The notes beneath the pieces were generated by a model that made no database searches, was not told the origin of the DNA, and worked only from the letters and a program-made list of their open reading frames with translations. A stretch of 64,000 bases of DNA from a virus. Lineage: Duplodnaviria > Caudoviricetes. Below, piece after piece: positions 18,765 through 28,288 of the stretch (positions are counted from its first letter, which is position 1; each line of letters starts with the position of its first letter). Both the position numbers and the translations under genes were made by a program. Where the stretch lies: IMG/VR virus record IMGVR_UViG_3300011008_000026, positions 1-64,000 of that record; one strand, written 5' to 3'.

Positions 18765-21700
18765 TTAAATTGTCCACATCAAAACAATACCGTCGTGTGT
18801 GTAACTAGAATTACTATATGAATAATATGTCGTTACTGAACCCGTCGTGCTTACTGTGTATTGATAGTTAGTGTTTGTTTCAGAAGAAGACCTTGTTAAA
18901 TAATAACGCGGTAAAATCCAAAGTCCGCCTACCTCTGTATTGGCAGCTGCTATGTTGTTACTATCTGATGTATAACGACCACCAATAACGCCGTGTGTAG
19001 TTGCTTTATCAGCCGGGACATAATAGTAATAAAGGCTGGTAGAATTGCTCGGATTCCAAATGTCGCCTTCTTTGGGTCTTTTGTTCTCTTCTGTGTATAG
19101 CGTCGGGTCTTGATCAGTAGGTTCGGTAAACAGCCTGGAGTTGTCAGGAACAACAAACCCAATATACTTTATCCTATCATAGTTTGTGTTCATCCACGAT
19201 GCCTGTCGCCCTTCCTGCGCTAAAGATTGAACAGAAGAAGAGGTAAGGTCTGCGTATGCGGGCAGATACAATTTGTCGAAAGTTACCGTGTTGGTATTCG
19301 ACGTGCTGTCAGACGAATAAGGATTTTTAGTACTGAGCCTTACGAGACAAATAATCGATTGCCATTCATAAGGCAAAGCTTCGAAACAACGTTTGTTGAC
19401 AAACGCACGCATTCTCGAGTCGCTCCACTTGTAATTCGAAGCAGTATACAAATAATCAATAAAGCCATCTAACGGAGCGGCTGCAATAAATGTCATGCCG
19501 GTTTTCAAGCCGGTGGAGTCTGCTCTGTTGTATATCCCGGACCCCTTGTATTGCATTGTCCAAATTTCATGTGGCCATGAAGCAAGTTCACGTGCGTTAA
19601 ATTCTCCAAGGTCATCATACCAGATTTTCGCCCAATGTATCCACCCTTTGGCTTCGCTGCTTGCGCCTTGTGATCCTTGAGCTATAGCACCAAACGAGAG
19701 AGAAGCATCGGTAATTGTATCCTGTGCTCGAACAAGTTCAGTTGCGAGTATACTTTCATTATAGCCGTCGTACATATACGCACTGCTCACGTAACTGTTG
19801 CCATAGTATTGATAATGATACAAATAAACGCCGCCGTTATCAGAATAAACGCTTAAGCCTTTTGTTCCTTGCCTATGTTTAAGTACAACAATGTGTCGGC
19901 CAAGGCCATGCGCAATTGTCGCGGTTTTATCTCCCCATTGAACACGGATTGAGTGATTGAGATTCGAAGAGCTGCTTGTGTAATAATAAACTCTGAAACC
20001 TTCAGACGTTCCGGATGTATCACAGCAGGAAATAAGAGTAGAATCACTCGTTGCTTCCGTGAATTCGAAGTCTACAGCAAGAGTAAAGCTGGGTGCATTT
20101 TCTTCAAACAATTTAATGTCATCAAACCGTTGTATATCACTTACCGTTTTGTTGTTTACTTTGTATTGTCCTTTGAAATATCTTGGTTCGCCGATAAGTG
20201 TAGCCGATGCGACGTTTGAATATTCAAAATCTTTGCCGACTTGAATCTGTACAGAGTCTTTCTGTTGGAAATAATCGTCAGCTGCTTCTTTCTGAGAGAT
20301 AGCGTATATCTGAGAAATAGAAAGATCTTTCATCTCCGGCAGATTGTCCGGATCAGTTATCGCAGGAGCCTTGCCGCGATCCCATTGAGCATACACTTTA
20401 AGATTATCCCGAATATATCCGGTAGACTTATCCCAACCCTTAAAAACATTGTAAATTTGAAGACTTTCTTCTTCTTTGTAGACAGGAAGATCTCTTGCGC
20501 GTTCCACTGCTCCGGTAGTCGTGTTGTATTCAAACATATAATCTACACAGCTTCCGTATTGAATATCTGATACTGTCCGCAGCGGATCTTCGTCCTTTTC
20601 ATGAGCAAACCATTGTACAGTAAAAGTTTTCTCTGTTTTCAAATAGTCCGCGTAAATCTCCGTGTCAGATTCAATCTCAGAAGTCAATCCTGTCCAGCCT
20701 TGATAGACGTATGTGTATCTTTCGTCTTCAGGCCTGCTCGGAGCTTGACAATATCCTGATACTACGGGGTCAGGGGCAAAGGACCCACTCTTTACATATG
20801 TAGTATAAACAACACTGCCATCGTAATTCAAATAGTTAACAACATATTCATCTACGGTCTCTCTTGTGACAATGATCTCCAAATCCTCTCCGTATATTTC
20901 TCTCATATCCAATAATGTCTTATTTCCAATATAGGCCGTTCTGATTACGCCCGTAATAACAGGATAAGCATTCTTGTTGTTTACAACGAAACCGTCATCG
21001 CCCATGCGTTTACCCTTAGGCATATCAGACGTTAATAATCTGAAAATATTATAATCAATATCGGTTACAGTTTCGTTCAAATCTATCAGCCGAAGTCCCA
21101 ATGTAAGGTTTGAAAGAACTTCCCGTTCAACAACCTCTTCAACCCCATCGACAATGATTGTCTGAGGAACCTTGGTTGTCAGGAAATCCAGAACATGGGT
21201 GTTCGGAGTTCCTTCGATACGGACAGCTGCGAGATTGTTGAGACTATCATAGGAGAAATTTTGCAGCAAAGCTTGATTTTGAAGAAGAATACGTCTTGGA
21301 GTTCCAAGCTCAAGCGTATCGAGAATTCCACCGTTGGCAAAAGTAAAGTACGGCACAGTAGATCCGCCTGCATAAACCTTTCGAATGAGCTTGTTTTCTG
21401 AGAGGTTAATGGGAGAGTCTGTAAAACCTGTGCAATTCTGGATATTCAACACTTCAAGCAAGGCCATATTTGCCGTGTTTAACGACGAAAGACTGCCGTT
21501 TGAATATCCTTCTTTGCTGGATCCGATCAGAAGTGTTCTCAGTTTCTTCGCACCCGTTAAACCAATTTCATAAGGGTGGAAAATAGAAAGGTCAGAGATC
21601 TCTGTAAGGTTTGAAGCGCCAAGAATATAGCAGTTATCAGACCGTCCAAGATCGTTCGGAGCATAAACAGTTGCTTCGATGCCCGCGTTTGTCTTTGAGG

Positions 21701-24700
21701 TCATAACGGGAGAACCACTATCGCCATATTGAACACCCATGTACAAAGCCTGTACAGCCGCCATGGTAATCCCAGCATCAGCTTTAGCAACAGGGCTCCC
21801 GCACCGGAATGCCAGACGGTCGTTTTTAAACTGATCGCACAGATACTTAGAATAAAGCATATTGCTTCGCCGATAAATGAAGCTTTCTTTTTGCTCTGTT
21901 CTGGAACCGCGTTGCAGGTACTTGTATTCAGAGGTGCGAACCCACTCCGGATTTTTACTGTCTTTACTGTAATCCCAATAGCCCTTAGTCCAAGCATCTT
22001 CATACTTATAGATCATATCCGGGTTGACAACAGCAGGGCATACGAGTTCCGCATTGTTGGTAATATGAACTTCTTTTAAGACGCCATAATTTAGCGTGCC
22101 GGCACCGTTATCATATTTTGTAATTACTTTTGCTCGAGCTGAAATCTCGCTTGCAAAAGCTTCTTCAAACATACACCACAGCCGGCTATCCCATCCGTTG
22201 AATTGATGCGGATCTTCTTCAGTTCCTACCATTCTTCCGAGCTCATAATTCCAGTCGGCATAATATGGGATGCGAATGTAACCGGAGTTTTCCGCTCCAA
22301 AGCAGCTGTCCAAATCATAAAGATCTGTATACCATAAGCCGAATGTAGAATTGTCCCAGTCAATCATAGATTCTTCTACAACGCCGGTGCCGTTTTCTCT
22401 GTCGACAATATCCCATATAGACGTGATATTAGAATCCTTAAACACAATATGTTCTGCCGTAACGTCTTTACATGATAAGAACATATTCTTTGCGCGATTA
22501 TCGCAAAGAGCGACCCATTCAATAAACAAATAATAAACAAGAGCGTGTTCAAGGTTAAAATGCAACGGAAACTCTTTTTTGAAAATAGCCCGTTTTAGCG
22601 ATTTATCATTTGTATAATTTTGCCCGTCATACTTCTTGTAAATGATGTTACCGCTTCCGTCTCTTCCGTATGTTTTAGTGGACGCATCCCAAAAGTTGGC
22701 ACGCTGGTACAGCCATGTATAAAGCAACTGGATATAACTATAATCAGGCTCAAGCCCATCATCCTCCAGATCTCCTTCATCAGGATAACAACTTTCAAGG
22801 CCGAGTTTGCATGCCAGCTTTTGCTCTGTTGTTCCATCATCTTTTTCAATTGTAATTGCTTCAAAAAGACGATCCGTCTTAAAGGAACACAAAGGCTGCG
22901 AGTTATCTTTAAACTCCCACTTCTGCTGCTTGGTGACATTGCCACTGTCATAGTTCTTTGTTTCAAGCCCGAATGTCTTTGTGTTTGATTTGTCGTTGTT
23001 CAAACATCCGTCTCCGGCAAACATAATCGTCCCGGAAGGATAGTCTTCGAATGGAGTACCTGGGACATAGCTTTCTTCCGGCATATTAAACAGAAGACAC
23101 CTGAATCCCCATATGGTATTCTGCACAAGAGATCCGGAAGGTTTATCATTGAACAGCGTATCAGCAATGTTTGCGTTGAACGTATTTGCGTGGTCAGTAG
23201 ACATATAGTCCATCTTAAAGCACAAAGTGCTTTCGCCAATACTCAGCGGTTTCTCCGGATCGTTGTCTTGATAGCCTTTTAATACGTATTTTACCTTTTC
23301 TGTAGATTCTGCTTGTGTTTCTTCGTCTACGACCTTCTTTACAAGGTAAACCTTAAAGTTCTTTCTCATGAAGCGCTGAGAACTGGTTCCTTGCACTTTG
23401 ATCGAAGAAACAAACTTTGCAACATTGTCTTTTGTTATCCGATCCAGAAGTGAGAATTCCGTTGTGTAACCACCGCCATCTTTCGGTTTGGTCAGAATTA
23501 CACCAACATATTTTCTGTCATTCTTAAAGTTAGAAAGCTGACCTATGAACAACAGACACGGATACTTTTCCCGGGCTTTAATATAATCAACACTCTTTGT
23601 GTCTTCATCCAGAACATCGTTGTATTCATTCGCAGCAATACGTTCTCTGATGTCAATATTCGAGTTCATATAATTCTGAAGAATTTCATCATTGCTTAAC
23701 CCGCGATTGTACATCCTGATATCATAAATCTTGGTCGTGCACTCTGAAGACCCAATAGTAATAGTTGCTTCAGACCCATACACAGCATCAGCCGCATATG
23801 AATAAGAATTTGCATATTCACCATTGATGAAAATGTTCACAAAGCTTGCAAAATAGCTGCTGCTCTCTCCCTTGTCGGGATCGTATGACGTGATAGTGTT
23901 TTGTTTCTGGATAACAAAAGCAACACGTATTCTTTTTTCGTCCTTAATATATGCACACGGAATACTCTCTTCGTTCTCGATAAATCCTGTACTGTCGATT
24001 ATAGGAGTCTGACCGTGAGCAAGCAGATAGCAAACCTGAGGAGTAATAACAAATCCAATTCCCTGACTGTCTAAACAACTGAAAACAACAGCGTTTTCGT
24101 TTGTTACGTTATCAAATCTAAACTCAAATTCAATGGTTCGTCCGTTGGTAGTAACAACAGCGCCGTCTGTGGCGTCGAGCATAACCACATCTTCCTCTTC
24201 TTCAGGTGTTGGAACTGTATGATACTTGGGATTATTGGGATCAGTATCTACAGCACGATTGCGGTTATATGCATTGTTGGAAATATTATTAATAAAGGAT
24301 GTTGCCAGAATAGGAAGATTAATCTCCATTCTTGCATCGCCAGACAGAGTAAGAGCATTATCTTTCAAGTATCCGTCTGTGATCCAGTTGAAGTCAATCA
24401 TCTTTGTTGAAATTGTCTTTTCTGCGCCTGTAGCATCCTTCATCTTATAATTATACTGATTCTTTCCGGTAGAGTTATTCGTATATCCAATGGGCTTATA
24501 AGAATAGACAAGTCCGGTTTCGATTGAATTCAAATCATATTCACTTTGAATGTCAACAACGTTGAATATCAAAGTTAAAACTGTTTTGTTGTCGCCTTCT
24601 CCGCAGGAAAGTTCCACATAGCCCACACCACGGTCCTGGTATGTGTTGAGAGGCAGAGGAATTATCTTATTGTTATCAATGTTTTCTTCAGTGTTGTCAT

Positions 24701-26564
24701 AATAGTCCGTAATGACAATTTGAGTTCCTTGCTCAATCTCCGGCGTATCCGGATCGTCTTCGATTTCTTCTTCCGTTTCGGTGTACACACGAATACGTAA
24801 TGAGTCTGTCTTTTCCTGACCGGGCGTATAGACAACATATTGCAAATTCAAAGCTTCACCGTTTTCAACTTCAATAATACCGCTGTCATTGAGATCGTTA
24901 TTTAAAGAAGCAGATATAATTGTCTTTGCTGAACTTCCATCATCGTAAATAATGGGAATAGTAAGAACATTGGAAGAGGCGCTTTCTTCCGTCTCGAACC
25001 ACATACGGGCTGTATGAAGGCCATAAGCGAATACCCCGGTCATGGTTACATCGTAATACAAATCCTGATTATGGGACGTACCAATAGGAACCGGATCGTA
25101 AATTGCATCGTCTATTGTCAGATGAACATATTTGGTAAGGCCGCGACCTTTACAGCTGTAGGGAATACGGAAGTTTCCCTTATACGTGGCGGTGCTGTCA
25201 AAAGTTGAAGAAATTTCAACTTCAACGCTTGTGATGTTATACGTTAAAGTATCTGTAGACAGCTTTCCTTCATCTCTCCCGTTGGAAGCAGTTACCCTCA
25301 CCTTGGTAAGAAGTCCTTTTTCTATATAATCAGTGACTTCAATTCTCTGAGCTTCGTTGCAAGCGATTTCCTTGTTGCTATAACCTTTTATGGTTTTCCA
25401 TGCCGTGTCGTCTTCTGTAGACAGTTTGTACTCAATAGTAATATAACCGTTCTGATTCTGAACGGTGCCGCCGTAAGTTTCTATATATTTGAAGGAAATA
25501 AAAACTCTTTGAGAAGAAGCAACTGTAAGGTTTACAGAGCTTGTTTGATTTTCAAGCCGAGCAACATAAGTAGGAACCGTGCTGCCGCCGCCTTCGATTT
25601 TAACAGGATCGAAGTAGTTCAAGTTTCCTTCTTTGCGAAAATACAAATAAGAACCATCATATGAAACAGACTTGATAGGGAAGTCGTAAGAAAGTTCTAT
25701 TATTCGACTTTCGTCATTCATATAGGTAACCTGAACACCGTCTCCATCTGGATTCTGTTGAATCCATTTAACTGCATCGTTGAGCAGATCTGCGGATGCT
25801 GCCCCGATATTATTTCTTGCTGTTATCTTTTGAGTGGAATTTAGGTCTTGAGCAACAAACTTCACAGCGTCAGCCGCCGAAACGCTGACATATGCAGGAG
25901 TCTGCGCATCGGCATCCCAACGATATATGTCGTTGGTAGACTTGTCAATATAGACTACTCCTGTGCTTCCTTGTTTCGGGAAGTCACTTACAGTGGCACC
26001 TTCTATGACGTTGGCACTTGCCGCTGAAAGCAAAACGAATTCCTCGTTTTCGGGATCCCACCGGTAGGTATTATTTGTGGCCGTATCAATGTAGATAACT
26101 CCAGTTTCTCCAGTTTCAGGGAATCCTTCTCCGTCTTTGAGTGTGATCTCTACAACGTTGTTGGCTGCTTCCGGCACATCGTCCAGAGAGATAGCCCCGA
26201 TGTTATTTCTGGCGTTCTGTTGCTGTTCCGGAGTCAGTCCCTGATTGCTTGTATACTTAACAGTTTCCTGTATCGACGTGCTGACATAGCCGCCATTCAC
26301 TTCTTCATCCCCGGGATTCCAGCGATACAGATTGTTTGTAGACAAATCAATATACAGAGTACCGGTTTCACCTTCGGCCGGAAACGCACTCAGAGTTGCA
26401 TATTCTCTGATGTTCTTAACAGATGACGGAAGATAGGAATCTGCGATCAGCCCTTGCTCGTTTACTTTTACAGCGCCATTTGTTGCTGTGTCAATCCTGT
26501 TGTCTATATCGGTTGAAAGATTGTTTTTAAACCGTTCAAGATTTTCCAGTGATATTAATGGCAT
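18765..26564 (-). CDS. Giant multidomain tail protein (fibre repeats, LamG-like, CotH-kinase-like, LRR, InlB-B-like repeats, C-terminal DUF6273/C-lectin-like)
   Basis: 3x FP..GETG..YID..TN..YRW; IYDIRMYNRGLS; VQGTSS...RKNFK, DNRAKNMF, YDLDSCFG; LRR-like L..L.I.NC; F.GWD. Confidence 0.7.
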   Translation of the reverse strand: MPLISLENLERFKNNLSTDIDNRIDTATNGAVKVNEQGLIADSYLPSSVKNIREYATLSAFPAEGETGTLYIDLSTNNLYRWNPGDEEVNGGYVSTSIQETVKYTSNQGLTPEQQQNARNNIGAISLDDVPEAANNVVEITLKDGEGFPETGETGVIYIDTATNNTYRWDPENEEFVLLSAASANVIEGATVSDFPKQGSTGVVYIDKSTNDIYRWDADAQTPAYVSVSAADAVKFVAQDLNSTQKITARNNIGAASADLLNDAVKWIQQNPDGDGVQVTYMNDESRIIELSYDFPIKSVSYDGSYLYFRKEGNLNYFDPVKIEGGGSTVPTYVARLENQTSSVNLTVASSQRVFISFKYIETYGGTVQNQNGYITIEYKLSTEDDTAWKTIKGYSNKEIACNEAQRIEVTDYIEKGLLTKVRVTASNGRDEGKLSTDTLTYNITSVEVEISSTFDSTATYKGNFRIPYSCKGRGLTKYVHLTIDDAIYDPVPIGTSHNQDLYYDVTMTGVFAYGLHTARMWFETEESASSNVLTIPIIYDDGSSAKTIISASLNNDLNDSGIIEVENGEALNLQYVVYTPGQEKTDSLRIRVYTETEEEIEDDPDTPEIEQGTQIVITDYYDNTEENIDNNKIIPLPLNTYQDRGVGYVELSCGEGDNKTVLTLIFNVVDIQSEYDLNSIETGLVYSYKPIGYTNNSTGKNQYNYKMKDATGAEKTISTKMIDFNWITDGYLKDNALTLSGDARMEINLPILATSFINNISNNAYNRNRAVDTDPNNPKYHTVPTPEEEEDVVMLDATDGAVVTTNGRTIEFEFRFDNVTNENAVVFSCLDSQGIGFVITPQVCYLLAHGQTPIIDSTGFIENEESIPCAYIKDEKRIRVAFVIQKQNTITSYDPDKGESSSYFASFVNIFINGEYANSYSYAADAVYGSEATITIGSSECTTKIYDIRMYNRGLSNDEILQNYMNSNIDIRERIAANEYNDVLDEDTKSVDYIKAREKYPCLLFIGQLSNFKNDRKYVGVILTKPKDGGGYTTEFSLLDRITKDNVAKFVSSIKVQGTSSQRFMRKNFKVYLVKKVVDEETQAESTEKVKYVLKGYQDNDPEKPLSIGESTLCFKMDYMSTDHANTFNANIADTLFNDKPSGSLVQNTIWGFRCLLFNMPEESYVPGTPFEDYPSGTIMFAGDGCLNNDKSNTKTFGLETKNYDSGNVTKQQKWEFKDNSQPLCSFKTDRLFEAITIEKDDGTTEQKLACKLGLESCYPDEGDLEDDGLEPDYSYIQLLYTWLYQRANFWDASTKTYGRDGSGNIIYKKYDGQNYTNDKSLKRAIFKKEFPLHFNLEHALVYYLFIEWVALCDNRAKNMFLSCKDVTAEHIVFKDSNITSIWDIVDRENGTGVVEESMIDWDNSTFGLWYTDLYDLDSCFGAENSGYIRIPYYADWNYELGRMVGTEEDPHQFNGWDSRLWCMFEEAFASEISARAKVITKYDNGAGTLNYGVLKEVHITNNAELVCPAVVNPDMIYKYEDAWTKGYWDYSKDSKNPEWVRTSEYKYLQRGSRTEQKESFIYRRSNMLYSKYLCDQFKNDRLAFRCGSPVAKADAGITMAAVQALYMGVQYGDSGSPVMTSKTNAGIEATVYAPNDLGRSDNCYILGASNLTEISDLSIFHPYEIGLTGAKKLRTLLIGSSKEGYSNGSLSSLNTANMALLEVLNIQNCTGFTDSPINLSENKLIRKVYAGGSTVPYFTFANGGILDTLELGTPRRILLQNQALLQNFSYDSLNNLAAVRIEGTPNTHVLDFLTTKVPQTIIVDGVEEVVEREVLSNLTLGLRLIDLNETVTDIDYNIFRLLTSDMPKGKRMGDDGFVVNNKNAYPVITGVIRTAYIGNKTLLDMREIYGEDLEIIVTRETVDEYVVNYLNYDGSVVYTTYVKSGSFAPDPVVSGYCQAPSRPEDERYTYVYQGWTGLTSEIESDTEIYADYLKTEKTFTVQWFAHEKDEDPLRTVSDIQYGSCVDYMFEYNTTTGAVERARDLPVYKEEESLQIYNVFKGWDKSTGYIRDNLKVYAQWDRGKAPAITDPDNLPEMKDLSISQIYAISQKEAADDYFQQKDSVQIQVGKDFEYSNVASATLIGEPRYFKGQYKVNNKTVSDIQRFDDIKLFEENAPSFTLAVDFEFTEATSDSTLISCCDTSGTSEGFRVYYYTSSSSNLNHSIRVQWGDKTATIAHGLGRHIVVLKHRQGTKGLSVYSDNGGVYLYHYQYYGNSYVSSAYMYDGYNESILATELVRAQDTITDASLSFGAIAQGSQGASSEAKGWIHWAKIWYDDLGEFNARELASWPHEIWTMQYKGSGIYNRADSTGLKTGMTFIAAAPLDGFIDYLYTASNYKWSDSRMRAFVNKRCFEALPYEWQSIICLVRLSTKNPYSSDSTSNTNTVTFDKLYLPAYADLTSSSVQSLAQEGRQASWMNTNYDRIKYIGFVVPDNSRLFTEPTDQDPTLYTEENKRPKEGDIWNPSNSTSLYYYYVPADKATTHGVIGGRYTSDSNNIAAANTEVGGLWILPRYYLTRSSSETNTNYQYTVSTTGSVTTYYSYSNSSYTHDGIVLMWTI

Positions 26565-26664
26565 TTTCTCGTCTCCTTTCCGTATCAGAATGTTATGAGC
26601 GTTCCGTGACTTTCAAGTATTTTAACCGGAATGCTCTTTATTTAATAAAGTATTTGATTAGAAT

Positions 26665-26702
26665 CGGAGCGAAGCGAGGTTTCAAAACCTCGCTTCGCTC
26701 CG
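26665..26702. other. Perfect intergenic inverted repeat with 18-bp arms
   Basis: cggagcgaagcgaggttt-ca-aaacctcgcttcgctccg. Confidence 0.75.
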
Positions 26703-26737
26703 GATAGTGAATATAAAAAGTATTCTACAGAAATTTA

Positions 26738-27469
26738 TTAGGGTTCATCACCGGAGTTGTTTTCTTCAGAATTGTCTCCTGAGTTTTCATTCGAATTGTC
26801 GTCAGGATTATTTTCAGGGTTATTCTCCGGATCTTCTTCTGGATCTTCTTCAGGCGTCACAATCCCGAACAGAGCGTCAATCTGAGCGTTTGTCGCAGTT
26901 TCAGGTGTAAGACTGTCAATATAATTTTTGATAGTCTGTTCGTGATCCCCATCGATCATGATATTGTCTCCGTAAAGAAGAACTTCTCCAACGGAACCGT
27001 TTACACTTTCAACTGATCCATCTTCTCCTTGATAGGACACGCTATAGATAGTTGTTGTTGTACTGTCGATCCATCGCAGATCGATCTTTGTCCATACGTA
27101 TTTGCCTTTTTCGGGAGTAGGAGTTTCAGCCCAGTCTTCACTCTCCGGATCGGGATGATTCTGTCCGTCGTCAGTTGTCATATACGCAATAGAAGCAGTT
27201 GCACCTTTAACCAGTGCGGCCACTTCAAGGATCATTTGAGTCCACTGTGCTTCCGTTCCTGTGTAACCATTTGCCTTCGCAACGGCATACATAGAAACAG
27301 ATCCAAGCTCTTCGACCATACCATCTTCGTACATGACATAAATCATTCCAGACGTATTGAATCCGGGCTTAGTATTTTTGCCGTCTCCGAGCCATACGTT
27401 TGTGACATTGTGATACAGCGGGAGGTATTCTTTAAAATTTGGATAGAAAGTATAAACATTTGTAGCCAT
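26738..27469 (-). CDS. Tail structural protein
   Basis: SMYAVAKANGYTGTEAQW, KGKYVWTK, VESVNG..G.V.L and TNAQIDALF motifs. Confidence 0.6.
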   Translation of the reverse strand: MATNVYTFYPNFKEYLPLYHNVTNVWLGDGKNTKPGFNTSGMIYVMYEDGMVEELGSVSMYAVAKANGYTGTEAQWTQMILEVAALVKGATASIAYMTTDDGQNHPDPESEDWAETPTPEKGKYVWTKIDLRWIDSTTTTIYSVSYQGEDGSVESVNGSVGEVLLYGDNIMIDGDHEQTIKNYIDSLTPETATNAQIDALFGIVTPEEDPEEDPENNPENNPDDNSNENSGDNSEENNSGDEP

Positions 27470-27823
27470 TTAACTAATCGCCTCCCTATAATGCTGGATG
27501 CCTGTTGCTCCGCTTGCCGGAATACTTGTTAACCGGCTTCCTGACGTGGTGTAAACATTTACTTGGACAGTAAACGGAACACTGTTTTTGTTAAACCGGT
27601 TTATTTCCGGGCTTTCAAACAAAAGAGATTCTGTTTGAGTTAAAGCAATCTGCACTTTGCTTTTAGTCTTATTGTCATAGTCTAATACACTTCCCGACCC
27701 AATAACTCTCGGAGTCATAACCAGACGATCATTTTGTTCATAAGTTACAACAACTTTTTTTACTTCGCTTTTAGGAATGGGAAGGATAAACTCATGTATA
27801 ATAGTTTCCCCAGGGAGAAACAT
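27470..27823 (-). CDS. BppU-like protein
   Basis: G.T..H.F..P...TY.Q...LTQ.ESL.F...QV pattern. Confidence 0.55.
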   Translation of the reverse strand: MFLPGETIIHEFILPIPKSEVKKVVVTYEQNDRLVMTPRVIGSGSVLDYDNKTKSKVQIALTQTESLLFESPEINRFNKNSVPFTVQVNVYTTSGSRLTSIPASGATGIQHYREAIS

Positions 27824-27850
27824 AACGGTTCACCCCCTTGCTTTGATTGA

Positions 27851-28210
27851 TTATTCGAATTCTATAAAGTTGTCCAAAGCTTCAACGTCCGCAATGGACA
27901 GCTTCATGCGGTCTCCAATAGAGATCGGGATCTTTTCAAAGTCTTCCAGAACTTCGAGATCGGCAAGTTCCGCAAAGGCTTCAGCAAATTTGGCTTTTGT
28001 TTCAGCATCGTTAAAAACAAGATTGCCGTTTTCATCTTGCTTGGAAGGATACTTTTCGAAGATCTTTTCTTCTTCTTTAATTTGGAATTCCCATTGATCT
28101 GACAGCGCCTTTTTCAGCCTGAAGAATGCAAGACTGATATCAAGCGGCAATTCTTCCTTTTCAAACCTGAGAATCGTTTTATAAGCGCTGACTACGTTTT
28201 GCTGTTTCAT
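27851..28210 (-). CDS. Hypothetical phage protein (DUF1617-like)
   Basis: Helical LP...S.....K pattern; follows the Tal gene. Confidence 0.5.
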   Translation of the reverse strand: MKQQNVVSAYKTILRFEKEELPLDISLAFFRLKKALSDQWEFQIKEEEKIFEKYPSKQDENGNLVFNDAETKAKFAEAFAELADLEVLEDFEKIPISIGDRMKLSIADVEALDNFIEFE

Positions 28211-28288
28211 TAAAATTATCTCCTTTATCCTATTATGTCAATTATTTAGTGTTTATACCTTGATCAGTTAGACACGCTAATGTTTTAT

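Noticed and set aside
18765-18920. Possible diversity-generating retroelement variable region at the C-terminus of the 2,599-aa protein (YYLTRS...G.V...DGIVLMWTI, C-lectin-like)
   Set aside because: No template repeat or reverse transcriptase is seen in this window and the codons are not clearly AAY-derived; it cannot be supported without the rest of the genome
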